A stretch of 64,000 nucleotides of DNA. Source: an uncultured Syntrophaceae bacterium (GTDB lineage Bacteria > Desulfobacterota > Syntrophia > Syntrophales > PHBD01). Below are positions 56,294 through 64,000 of this stretch, one piece after another. The stretch lies in the NCBI GenBank assembly GCA_964558665.1, contig CAZLFA010000005.1:7603-71602 (forward strand), in the 5' to 3' direction. Position numbers and translations under genes: made by a program. A model generated the notes under the pieces. The model ran no database searches. It saw only the letters and a program-made list of their open reading frames with translations, and had not been told where the DNA came from. Within the stretch, counting starts at the first letter, position 1, and the number at the start of each line of letters is the position of its first letter.

Positions 56294-57043
56294 TCAATGT
56301 ATTATTATTTTAAGGAAGGATTCTATTTCTAAGCTTGCTCCTCCTACCAATACACCATTGATATCCGGCATTTCCATAAGCCCTTTTATATTATCGGGTG
56401 TTACGCTTCCACCATAAATCACCCGCGATTCTTTTGCGAGATCATAATTATATGCATCGCTTAAGAAACGCCTGATTCCCGCATGCACCTCGTCAGCCTG
56501 CGCCGGAGTGGCCGTCTTCCCGGTTCCTATAGCCCAGACAGGCTCATATGCGATGACGAGGCGCCGTATATCATTGGTTGTAAGATTATTCAATCCTTCT
56601 TTAATCTGTTTTTCTATAACCTCAAACGTAGTTCCCGATTCTCTCTCCTGAAGAGTTTCTCCTACGCAAAAAATGGGAAAAAGCTTATGCATCAACGCCT
56701 TATGAATTTTACGGTTAACAAGAGAATTATCTTCCTGAAAAAGCGTCCGCCTTTCCGAATGTCCTACAATAACATACCGGCAACCGGCATCTGCGATCAT
56801 CATGGCTGACACCTCTCCCGTGTAGGCGCCGCTGTCCTGATCGTGAAGGTTTTGAGCTGCTACAGAAACAGAGGATCCTTCGCACACCCTGGCAACACTG
56901 AATAAGGCAGTAAAAGGCGGTGCTATGACGACTTCTCTGTTTGGAGAATTATTCAGCAGGGACTTTAGATTAGAAGCAAACTCGACGGCCTGACCGATCG
57001 ATTTGTTCATCTTCCAGTTTCCGACAATAAGAGGTCTTGTCAA
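56294..57043 (-). CDS. tpiA: triosephosphate isomerase
   Basis: GNWKMN, IVGHSERR, AYEPVWAIGTG. Confidence 0.95.
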   Translation of the reverse strand: MTRPLIVGNWKMNKSIGQAVEFASNLKSLLNNSPNREVVIAPPFTALFSVARVCEGSSVSVAAQNLHDQDSGAYTGEVSAMMIADAGCRYVIVGHSERRTLFQEDNSLVNRKIHKALMHKLFPIFCVGETLQERESGTTFEVIEKQIKEGLNNLTTNDIRRLVIAYEPVWAIGTGKTATPAQADEVHAGIRRFLSDAYNYDLAKESRVIYGGSVTPDNIKGLMEMPDINGVLVGGASLEIESFLKIIIH

Positions 57044-57051
57044 TTGTATAA

Positions 57052-58065
57052 CTATGCTCCCAGTTTCTTTCCCATAAACAAAGCAAGATCACGCATCCGG
57101 CATGCATACCCGCTCTCATTGTCATACCACGAAAATACTTTTACAAACGATCCATCCATTACTGCTGTAAGAGGAGCATCAACTATGGATGAATAAGGAC
57201 TGCTCGTAAAGTCCACACTTACAAGTTCTTCATCGCAGTAAGCAAGAATACCCTTCATTCTTTCCTGAGATGCCTTCTTCAATGCAGCATTAACATCATT
57301 TACTGTTACTTTCTGATCAACCTGAACTGCAAAATCGACCAGTGAGACATTGGGGGTCGGCACTCTCAGCGCAACACCATCGAGTTTTCCCTTGAGATCC
57401 GGTATAACCTCTGCAACGGCCGACGCTGCTCCTGTGGAAGTAGGCACGATAGACATTGCCGCCGCTCTCGCCCTCCTCAAGTCTTTATGTGATCCGTCAA
57501 GAAGACGCTGGTCCATTGTGTATGCATGAACCGTTGTCATAAAGCCTCTGACTATCTTGAATTGTTCATGAATTACCTTTGCAACGGGTGCAAGACAATT
57601 TGTGGTGCACGAGGCATTTGACACTATATGGTGTTTTTCCGGATTATAGCTCTCCTCATTTACTCCCATAACAAAGGTGCCGTCAATCCCTTTGCCAGGG
57701 GCGGCCAGAATTACCTTTTTTGCTCCCGCCTTGATATGACCCGACACTTCATCCTTTTTCCTGAATTTACCCGTTGATTCAAGAATAATGTCTATACCAA
57801 GCGACTTCCAGGGCAGTTCCTCCAGGTTCTTTGTCTCTCCTAAGACTTTAATTTTCTTGCCATTAACCAAGAGAGTATCCTTATCGCTGGAGATATCCGC
57901 ATCTAATGTACCATGAACCGAGTCATATTTAAGCAGGTGAGCTAATACTTCCGGATTAGCCCGGGAATTAACAGCCACAATATCAATGTCATCACGTCCC
58001 ATGCATGCTCTTACAAGATATCTGCCAACCCTTCCAAATCCGTTAATTGCCACTTTAACAGTCAT
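57052..58065 (-). CDS. gap: type I glyceraldehyde-3-phosphate dehydrogenase
   Basis: INGFGRVGR, SNASCTTNCLAP active site, WYDNE. Confidence 0.95.
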   Translation of the reverse strand: MTVKVAINGFGRVGRYLVRACMGRDDIDIVAVNSRANPEVLAHLLKYDSVHGTLDADISSDKDTLLVNGKKIKVLGETKNLEELPWKSLGIDIILESTGKFRKKDEVSGHIKAGAKKVILAAPGKGIDGTFVMGVNEESYNPEKHHIVSNASCTTNCLAPVAKVIHEQFKIVRGFMTTVHAYTMDQRLLDGSHKDLRRARAAAMSIVPTSTGAASAVAEVIPDLKGKLDGVALRVPTPNVSLVDFAVQVDQKVTVNDVNAALKKASQERMKGILAYCDEELVSVDFTSSPYSSIVDAPLTAVMDGSFVKVFSWYDNESGYACRMRDLALFMGKKLGA

Positions 58066-58104
58066 AATGCACTCCTTTGCTGATTACCTAAATATCGGGG
58101 AGGG

Positions 58105-58133
58105 ATAATACTGTCCCCCCAATCAATAGTCAA
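58105..58133 (-). promoter_or_regulatory. sigma70-like promoter candidate for gap-tpiA-secG-tRNA-Leu
   Basis: Minus strand: TTGACT, 17-nt spacer, TATTAT. Confidence 0.4.
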
Positions 58134-58150
58134 TATTTTTCTGGCAGGGC

Positions 58151-58702
58151 TTATTTCGTGGGATCACCAAAGATGTCTGCTGAAAACACAAATATTTTCG
58201 TTTCTTTGTCTTTCCAGGAATTTGAAGGCAGACCTGCCTTCCGGCATGTTTGCTCCAGAAAAGTTTCCCTGTCCCACTCATACTCTGTAGCAACCTGGGG
58301 CAGAAGAAGCCCCGAAAAAGAGCCCCTTGTTATGTAGAGTCCATGTAAGCCGACAACTATTTCTTCCATGTTTTCAATCTCTTTTAGCGGCGTCAGCACA
58401 GAAATTTCAAAAGAAAGCTGAGAAAGCTCTCCTTCTGTTACAGGAGGAAACCTGGGATCATTGAAGGCGGCTGCTCTGGCCATTTCTTTTACCGTGGATT
58501 CTAAATCCTTGACGGCATGTATATAACCGATGCATCCTCTGAGAAGTCCTTTTTTCTTGATAGTAACAAATGCCCCTCTTTTCTCTCCCAAGGCCGGATC
58601 ATCGTCTTTAAACTCAGGCATGGGTTTGTTTTTCAGTCGGTTTTCTATACTTTTTTTCGCTGCCTCAAGAAGCGCTTTTTTCCCTTTTTCCGTTAGTTCC
58701 AT
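58151..58702 (-). CDS. AmmeMemoRadiSam system protein A (AMMECR1 domain)
   Basis: GAFVTIKKKGLLRGCIGYI and LPQVA blocks. Confidence 0.85.
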   Translation of the reverse strand: MELTEKGKKALLEAAKKSIENRLKNKPMPEFKDDDPALGEKRGAFVTIKKKGLLRGCIGYIHAVKDLESTVKEMARAAAFNDPRFPPVTEGELSQLSFEISVLTPLKEIENMEEIVVGLHGLYITRGSFSGLLLPQVATEYEWDRETFLEQTCRKAGLPSNSWKDKETKIFVFSADIFGDPTK

Positions 58703-58738
58703 AAAATCCTTCTATAGACCAAGAACTATTTTGATAAA

Positions 58739-59566
58739 TCACTTTTTGATGAATGCCGCAGATGCATATCCCACCACACGCGACCTGTCTCCTGTTACAT
58801 CACCGGAATTTGCATATTTCAAAATCTTAGCTTCACTCGCCCCCATCATTTTCGAAGTCATGACAGTAACCGCGGCAGGACCTCCGCCACAGGCTTCACA
58901 TTTACCACTTTTTAAATCTGCGAGCATCCCCCGTACATCCATTTTCCCCAAATTCCCCAAAAATTGAGAATCCTTTTTTACTGCCTGATTATAATCATGA
59001 AAATGAGAAAGATCGGAACTGCCGACAATGAGAATATTGCTATCACCGGCGGACTGGAATATGGCATTTGCCAGTTCTTCACAGGTTTTTGAATCCTGAT
59101 TACCCATAACCAGGGGAACAAACGAGAATTCTCCCAATGCCACCTGAAGGAAGGGAAGTTGAATCTCGAGGGCATGTTCCTGGATGTGAGCAGAAGGAAT
59201 GTCATCAATCATTCGGCTGAAATTCATCAGCCTGCCTGCCATGGCTCTGTTTACCGGCACAACTCCCAGGGGAGTTTCATATCCGCCGCCGAGGTAAACA
59301 GAAACACCGGGAAACGCCATACGATGGGACGGGCTTATAACAAACACCGTATCGTATAGTTTTTTTCTTATTGTGTGGTATGCATATGCGGCAACCTGAC
59401 CTGAATATACATAACCTGCATGAGGGGCGACAAGACCGACAATATGACCCTCTATCTTGTCAACGGCAACATTGCTGAAATAGTCTTCGATATCCTTTTT
59501 CAGGATACTTGAGTCTCCAGGATACCATGAGCCGGCAATTACAGATTTTCTTATGTCATTAATCAT
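58739..59566 (-). CDS. AmmeMemoRadiSam system protein B (Memo1 family)
   Basis: AGSWYPG, VAPHAGYVYSG, SSDLSH blocks. The ATG at 59566 forms an ATGA overlap with the stop of the upstream fusion gene (track start 59581 is also possible). Confidence 0.85.
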   Translation of the reverse strand: MINDIRKSVIAGSWYPGDSSILKKDIEDYFSNVAVDKIEGHIVGLVAPHAGYVYSGQVAAYAYHTIRKKLYDTVFVISPSHRMAFPGVSVYLGGGYETPLGVVPVNRAMAGRLMNFSRMIDDIPSAHIQEHALEIQLPFLQVALGEFSFVPLVMGNQDSKTCEELANAIFQSAGDSNILIVGSSDLSHFHDYNQAVKKDSQFLGNLGKMDVRGMLADLKSGKCEACGGGPAAVTVMTSKMMGASEAKILKYANSGDVTGDRSRVVGYASAAFIKK

Positions 59567-61875
59567 GACTTGAATCTCCATACCATGCCGTCAGGCGTGT
59601 CGGACACTTCAATCCCTATTTCATGAAGTTTCATCCTCATCGAATCTGACTCCTGCCACTTACCCTCACGTCTCATTGCTTCTCTTTCATCAAGAAGCTT
59701 TTTAATCTCCTCGCTAATAGGTTCCTGCTTAAATTCCATAACACCCAATACGGTATCCAATGCTTTCATAGTATTAATTATATGATCTCTATTCTGCTCA
59801 CTCAACAACTTTCTGGAAAGAGGTACATTGACTTTCTTAACAAACTCAAAAAGAGAAGCTAAAGCACCGGAGATGTTCAGATCATCATCCATGGCATCAG
59901 CAAACCCCTGCTTTATATCATAGATAATCTGCTCGGTATCCGGATAGCCCTCGCCCTTCGTATAATGAAGTAATCTCTGAATGAAACCGTCAAGCCTTTT
60001 TACTGTATTTCTTGCCGAGTCAAGCGCGCCAAAGGAAAAATGAAGAGGTTTTCGATAATGTGACCCTAGAAGGAAAAAACGGATTTCTCTTCCGTTGTAT
60101 CCGCGTCTTTCCAAATCTTCAATTGTCAGAATATTATCCAGAGAACGGGACATTTTCTTACCGCCTACCATCAGCAGCTCCGTGTTTATCCAGTAGTTTG
60201 CCATCTGTTTTCCCGTTGCAGCTTTTCCGATAGCCATTACATTTTCACAATGAGGGAAAATAATATCAGAACCACTGGCATGGATGTCGAAATTGTCTGC
60301 AAGGTATTTAAGTGAGATAGCTGCACATTCCAAATGCCAGCTTGGTCTTACATTGCCCCATGCCGTTTTAAAATAGACACCCCTTTTCAATTCCGCCAGA
60401 CTTGATCTTTTTAGCAAAGTAAAATCCACGGGACTGTCTTTTGCGTAATCATCGAGGTCAACAGTCTTTCCGGGTTTCATTTTTTTAAGATTGACATTAG
60501 ATAGCCTGCCGTAATTATCCAGCTTTGAGATATCAAAATATACGGATCTCAGCTTCTCATATGCAAACCCTTTTTCAACGAGCCGCTCAGTAAGCTTGAT
60601 CATGGCATCCACATTTTCACTGGCTTTAGGAAGCGGTTCATCATGCTTGATGTTGAGTTTCTCAATTCCCCCGGTGAAGGTTGCCGTACATTTTTCGGAA
60701 TAATCTCTTATTTCCATTTGCGCGCGCTCTGCCCCGCGTATTGACCTGTCTGCAAGGTCAATTACATTCATGACATGCTTAACCCGATAACCTTTATATT
60801 CCAGATAACGCCTGATCAAATCCGAAACTACAAAGCGCCGGTAACTGCCTATATGAGGCACATCGTGCACTGTAGGGCCGCAAGAGTGCATCAAAACCTC
60901 TGTAGGCCTGATGGATTTAAAGTAATCCTTTTGCTTGGTAAGGGTGTTAAACAAGCGCAATGTTGTCTCTTGTCTGTCAGCAAAAAGTTCCGTACTGAGG
61001 TACCGTTCTCCACTGTCCGGGCATATAACGACAATCAAGCCATCCTGCATTGTTTTGGCCTTTTCTATTGCCACATGCATAGCAGCACCCGAACTCATGC
61101 CGACAAACAGGCCCTCTTCTTTGCTGAGCCTCCTGGCCATTTCGAAGGCATCCTCATCAAGAATATTGATTTTTTCATCAAGTCGATCCCTGTCAAATAT
61201 ACCGGGCATGTACGACTCTTTCATATTTTTCAGCCCTTGAATCTTGTGCTGAAGATAAGGTTCCACACCGACAATTCTTATTTCCGGGTTATATTCCTTG
61301 AGACGCTTCGAAATGCCCATCGCTGTACCGGTTGTGCCAAGAGCTGATACAACCATGGTAACTGCGCCGTTGGTCTGACGCCAGATTTCCTCGCCTGTAC
61401 CATGATAGTGTGCCATGATATTATCTTCATTATTGAACTGATCTGTTCCAAAGTACTTATCCGGATTGTCGCGAAGCAGTTTGTAGGCCATCTCAATGGC
61501 ACCATCAGTTCCAAGACCGGCCGGTGTAAAATGGATTTCCGCGCCCATGGCTTTAAGTATCCTCTTTCGCTCTTCGCTCGCGGCTTCCGACATAGCAAGG
61601 CAAAGGCGGTACCCTTTGGCGGCGGCAACCATAGCAAGACCGATACCTGTATTGCCGCTTGTGGCCTCAAGAATTATCTTCTCTTTGGACAGTTCCCCCC
61701 TTTTTTCAGCTCCCTCAATCATGGCAAGAGCAACCCTGTCCTTTATAGAACCGCCAGGGTTGCAACTTTCCAGCTTTGCGTAGATTGTGACTTTTTTATT
61801 AGGATTTAAACGAACAATCTGAACAAGCGGGGTGTTGCCTATTGTTTCTGTAATATTATTGTGAAGTGAAGACAT
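59563..61875 (-). CDS. fusion protein: CysK/CysM-type cysteine synthase (aa 1 to about 300) plus full-length cysteinyl-tRNA synthetase (aa about 305-770)
   Basis: N-terminal half: TIGNTPLV, NPGGSIKDR (PLP Lys), TSGNTGIG, LGTTGT. C-terminal half: LFNTLTKQK, SCGPTVHDVPHIGS (HIGH-like), WHLECAAI, FPHCENV, KMSRS, and a helical anticodon-binding end DGMVWRFK. One uninterrupted 770-codon ORF. Confidence 0.85.
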   Translation of the reverse strand: MSSLHNNITETIGNTPLVQIVRLNPNKKVTIYAKLESCNPGGSIKDRVALAMIEGAEKRGELSKEKIILEATSGNTGIGLAMVAAAKGYRLCLAMSEAASEERKRILKAMGAEIHFTPAGLGTDGAIEMAYKLLRDNPDKYFGTDQFNNEDNIMAHYHGTGEEIWRQTNGAVTMVVSALGTTGTAMGISKRLKEYNPEIRIVGVEPYLQHKIQGLKNMKESYMPGIFDRDRLDEKINILDEDAFEMARRLSKEEGLFVGMSSGAAMHVAIEKAKTMQDGLIVVICPDSGERYLSTELFADRQETTLRLFNTLTKQKDYFKSIRPTEVLMHSCGPTVHDVPHIGSYRRFVVSDLIRRYLEYKGYRVKHVMNVIDLADRSIRGAERAQMEIRDYSEKCTATFTGGIEKLNIKHDEPLPKASENVDAMIKLTERLVEKGFAYEKLRSVYFDISKLDNYGRLSNVNLKKMKPGKTVDLDDYAKDSPVDFTLLKRSSLAELKRGVYFKTAWGNVRPSWHLECAAISLKYLADNFDIHASGSDIIFPHCENVMAIGKAATGKQMANYWINTELLMVGGKKMSRSLDNILTIEDLERRGYNGREIRFFLLGSHYRKPLHFSFGALDSARNTVKRLDGFIQRLLHYTKGEGYPDTEQIIYDIKQGFADAMDDDLNISGALASLFEFVKKVNVPLSRKLLSEQNRDHIINTMKALDTVLGVMEFKQEPISEEIKKLLDEREAMRREGKWQESDSMRMKLHEIGIEVSDTPDGMVWRFKS

Positions 61876-61886
61876 TATGCTGATTA

Positions 61887-62300
61887 TTAACTATTGAGTT
61901 TTGGGTAAGGAATTTTCATGAATTTTATTCCCTCTTCGGAGAGCATTGATTCTTCTTCTTTTGTGGTTGTTCCTTTGATATTTCTTGCCTCTTCTTCTCC
62001 CTTGTGGATACTGACTGCCACCTCAGCAAAACGGTCCCCTACATCATCGAAATTCCGATTAATAAAATCATAAAGGGATTGAAGGGTCTTAGCTGCAGAT
62101 AACTCTTTTTCATTTACCCGTACAGATTGATTATTCTTGCCGACCACTTTAAGTGAGGGCATGATGACATCTACACCGGCATCACCACATACAGGACAAG
62201 AAATAAGATTTTGAACCTTCTGTTTTTCAAATGAGTCAATATCCTTAAACCAACCTTCGTATTTATGGTTGTTCTTGCATTTAAGATCGTAAATTATCAC
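61887..62300 (-). CDS. DUF1178-like zinc-ribbon protein
   Basis: IYDLKCKNNHKYEGWF...SCPVCGD pattern. GTG at 62300 lies 7 nt after aggag. Confidence 0.6.
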   Translation of the reverse strand: MIIYDLKCKNNHKYEGWFKDIDSFEKQKVQNLISCPVCGDAGVDVIMPSLKVVGKNNQSVRVNEKELSAAKTLQSLYDFINRNFDDVGDRFAEVAVSIHKGEEEARNIKGTTTKEEESMLSEEGIKFMKIPYPKLNS

Positions 62301-62376
62301 TACTTTACTCCTCTGCGCCAGGTGCAAAAAAAGTTATGGACATTTAATTATAAATTATATATCTTGCGCGCCAAGT

Positions 62377-62453
62377 CGGGATGTGGCCCAGCCTGGTAGG
62401 GCACTGCGTTCGGGACGCAGGAGTCGCGCGTTCAAATCGCGCCATCCCGACCA
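62377..62453 (+). tRNA. tRNA-Pro (anticodon CGG)
   Basis: Hand fold: acceptor CGGGAUG/CAUCCCG, anticodon arm CUGCG-UUCGGGA-CGCAG, T loop UUCAAAU, encoded CCA. Confidence 0.9.
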
Positions 62454-62487
62454 TTTATTGATAAACTTCTTAAACACTAAACCATCA

Positions 62488-63696
62488 TTATCCGACAACG
62501 GATGCCATTTTGAATATCGGCAGGTACATCGCTATAATCATCCCGCCGACAACGCCACCCAGAAAAACCATCATAAAAGGTTCCAGCAGAGCCGTCATAG
62601 CATCAACAGCCGTATCAACCTCATCGTCATAAAAATCTGCAATCTTGGCAAGCATTGCATCAAGGGCACCCGTAGCTTCTCCGACGGCAATCATCTGTAC
62701 AACCATACTGGGAAATATGCCTGTTTCTGTAAGAGGCTCGGCAATCGTCTTCCCTTCACTGATGCTTTGCCTGACCTTTATTAATGCATTTTCAATTATC
62801 ACGTTTCCGGCGGTTTTACTAACGATGGTTAAGCCTTCAAGAATAGGTACCCCACTCGACATCATCGTGGCCATGGTTCTTGTAAATTTTGCCACAGCTA
62901 CCTTTTTTAAAAGAGGACCAAAAACCGGTGATTTTAGAACCAGATTATCGATCATATACGTACCTTTTTCGGTTTTCTTGAAAGCCTTGAAGGCACTGAA
63001 AAGACCTATGACTATCCCAAGCATTATCCACCAGTAGCTCTGCATAAACGCGCTCGCATTAACGAGAAACTGCGTAGGCCCGGGCAACTCCCCCCCCATT
63101 CCTTCGAACATTTTTTGGAACACGGGAATAACCTTCAGCAACAGCAATGCAACAACACCTATTGAAATGACGAGAACCGAAGCCGGATATGTCATGGCCC
63201 CTTTGACCTTGCTTTTCAATTTGGCTGCTTTTTCCATGTAAGCAGATAAACGGTTTAATATAACATCCAATATACCGCCACTTTCGCCGGCGGCAACAAG
63301 GTTCACAAAGAGCTGATCAAAGATATCCGGATATTTCTTCAAGGCATCGCTGAGCGTTGAGCCACCTTCAATATCATCTTTAATAGTCTGAATAATCTTT
63401 TTAAACGTCTTATTATCCTGCTGATCGCCTAAAATTTCCAGACACTGAATAAGAGGCAGCCCCGCATTAATCATAGTCGCAAATATTCTACAAAAAACGA
63501 CAACATCCTTTTCCTTGACCTTCTCTTTCAGAAAAGGGAAGTATTCCATAAGATCTTTGGGTTTTTCCTTAACCGTGATGGATTTGAATCCCTGCTTACG
63601 AAGTATGTTTCGAACTGCAGCCTGATCAACGGCCTCAAGTTCTCCTTTTTTTTCCTGACCTTTTCTTGTGGTTGCTTCCCATAGAAATACCGGCAT
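62488..63696 (-). CDS. pilC: type IV pilus assembly platform protein PilC (GspF family)
   Basis: Two GspF repeats, three TM regions, 402 aa. Confidence 0.9.
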   Translation of the reverse strand: MPVFLWEATTRKGQEKKGELEAVDQAAVRNILRKQGFKSITVKEKPKDLMEYFPFLKEKVKEKDVVVFCRIFATMINAGLPLIQCLEILGDQQDNKTFKKIIQTIKDDIEGGSTLSDALKKYPDIFDQLFVNLVAAGESGGILDVILNRLSAYMEKAAKLKSKVKGAMTYPASVLVISIGVVALLLLKVIPVFQKMFEGMGGELPGPTQFLVNASAFMQSYWWIMLGIVIGLFSAFKAFKKTEKGTYMIDNLVLKSPVFGPLLKKVAVAKFTRTMATMMSSGVPILEGLTIVSKTAGNVIIENALIKVRQSISEGKTIAEPLTETGIFPSMVVQMIAVGEATGALDAMLAKIADFYDDEVDTAVDAMTALLEPFMMVFLGGVVGGMIIAMYLPIFKMASVVG

Positions 63697-63749
63697 AGTT
63701 CATACCCTTTCTTGAAAAAAAGCTTCCATTGCAAATTAATTATACTCCG

Positions 63750-64000
63750 TCATTCACTGACAATTAGTAATCTTCTGGATACTTCATAAAGAATTATCCC
63801 TGCCGCTACAGATACATTCATAGAATCTATCTGCCCCAGCATGGGAATAGACATCAGGAAATCACATTTTTTTTTGACCAGATGTCTCATACCCTCTCCC
63901 TCGCTTCCCACAACTATAGCAATATCTGTTTCATACTCAAGAGAATTCAGCGGCTTTCCTGAATCAGTATCTGTTCCGTATATCCAGAAGCCTCTATCTT
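63750..64000 (-). CDS. SpoU/TrmH-family RNA 2'-O-methyltransferase (RlmB-like), C-terminal part; 5' end beyond the window
   Basis: My own translation of the minus strand: ...DIAIVVGSEGEGMRHLVKKKCDFLMSIPMLGQIDSMNVSVAAGIILYEV...*. These are SpoU motifs 2 and 3. Not in the ORF track because it is truncated. Confidence 0.6.
   Translation of the reverse strand, partial: DRGFWIYGTDTDSGKPLNSLEYETDIAIVVGSEGEGMRHLVKKKCDFLMSIPMLGQIDSMNVSVAAGIILYEVSRRLLIVSE

Noticed and set aside
60775-61809. Plus-strand ORFs of 190, 101, 135 and 95 aa inside the CysK-CysRS gene.
   Set aside because: They are antisense shadows of a gene with dense, ordered family motifs.

Overview
This 64-kb chromosomal window has no rRNA, CRISPR array, transposase or integrase that I could see. 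Gene content (AmmeMemoRadiSam genes, DUF3795, a COG1900/DUF39 homocysteine-type gene, a GEMM-I riboswitch, type IV pilus genes) suggests an anaerobic Desulfobacterota/deltaproteobacterium-like organism; this is inference only.

Layout:
- 1-18.4 kb: an accessory-looking, G+C-richer run of small enzymes, two AraC regulators, a VapBC pair, ZupT and several ORFans.
- 18.5-33 kb: core genes accC, tRNA-Gly(CCC), rimP-nusA-infB-DUF503-rbfA-nrnA-truB, rpsO, pnp, an M16 peptidase, dut and a COG1900 gene.
- 33.2-38.4 kb: ftsB-like gene and pilMNOPQ.
- 38.4-45.6 kb (minus strand): a tightly coupled operon of DsbC-like isomerase, fimT-, pilV-, pilW- and pilX-like minor pilins, a very Cys-rich vWA-PilY1, and a membrane-anchored Ig-like protein.
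- 46-52 kb: TPR protein, pepP, gcvH, lipoate ligase-like gene, rpsU, LOG-family gene, holA.
- 52-64 kb (mostly minus strand): OmpA/DUF4398 pair, NYN protein, PiT/DUF47, tRNA-Leu(GAG), secG, tpiA, gap, AMMECR1, Memo, a cysteine synthase-CysRS fusion, DUF1178, tRNA-Pro(CGG), pilC and a partial SpoU-type methyltransferase.

Main findings:
1. The 380-nt gap upstream of the minor-pilin/PilY1 operon carries what reads by eye as a c-di-GMP-I (GEMM-I) riboswitch. It has a GAAA tetraloop, a canonical 11-nt tetraloop receptor, and an expression platform with a 10-nt perfect anti-Shine-Dalgarno sequence.
2. A single 770-aa ORF fuses a CysK/CysM-type PLP enzyme to a full-length cysteinyl-tRNA synthetase. 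It is translationally coupled to Memo and AMMECR1 genes, and no radical SAM partner is encoded locally.

All family calls are motif recognition by eye. Hand-derived coordinates (tRNAs, RNA elements, revised starts) may be off by a base or two.
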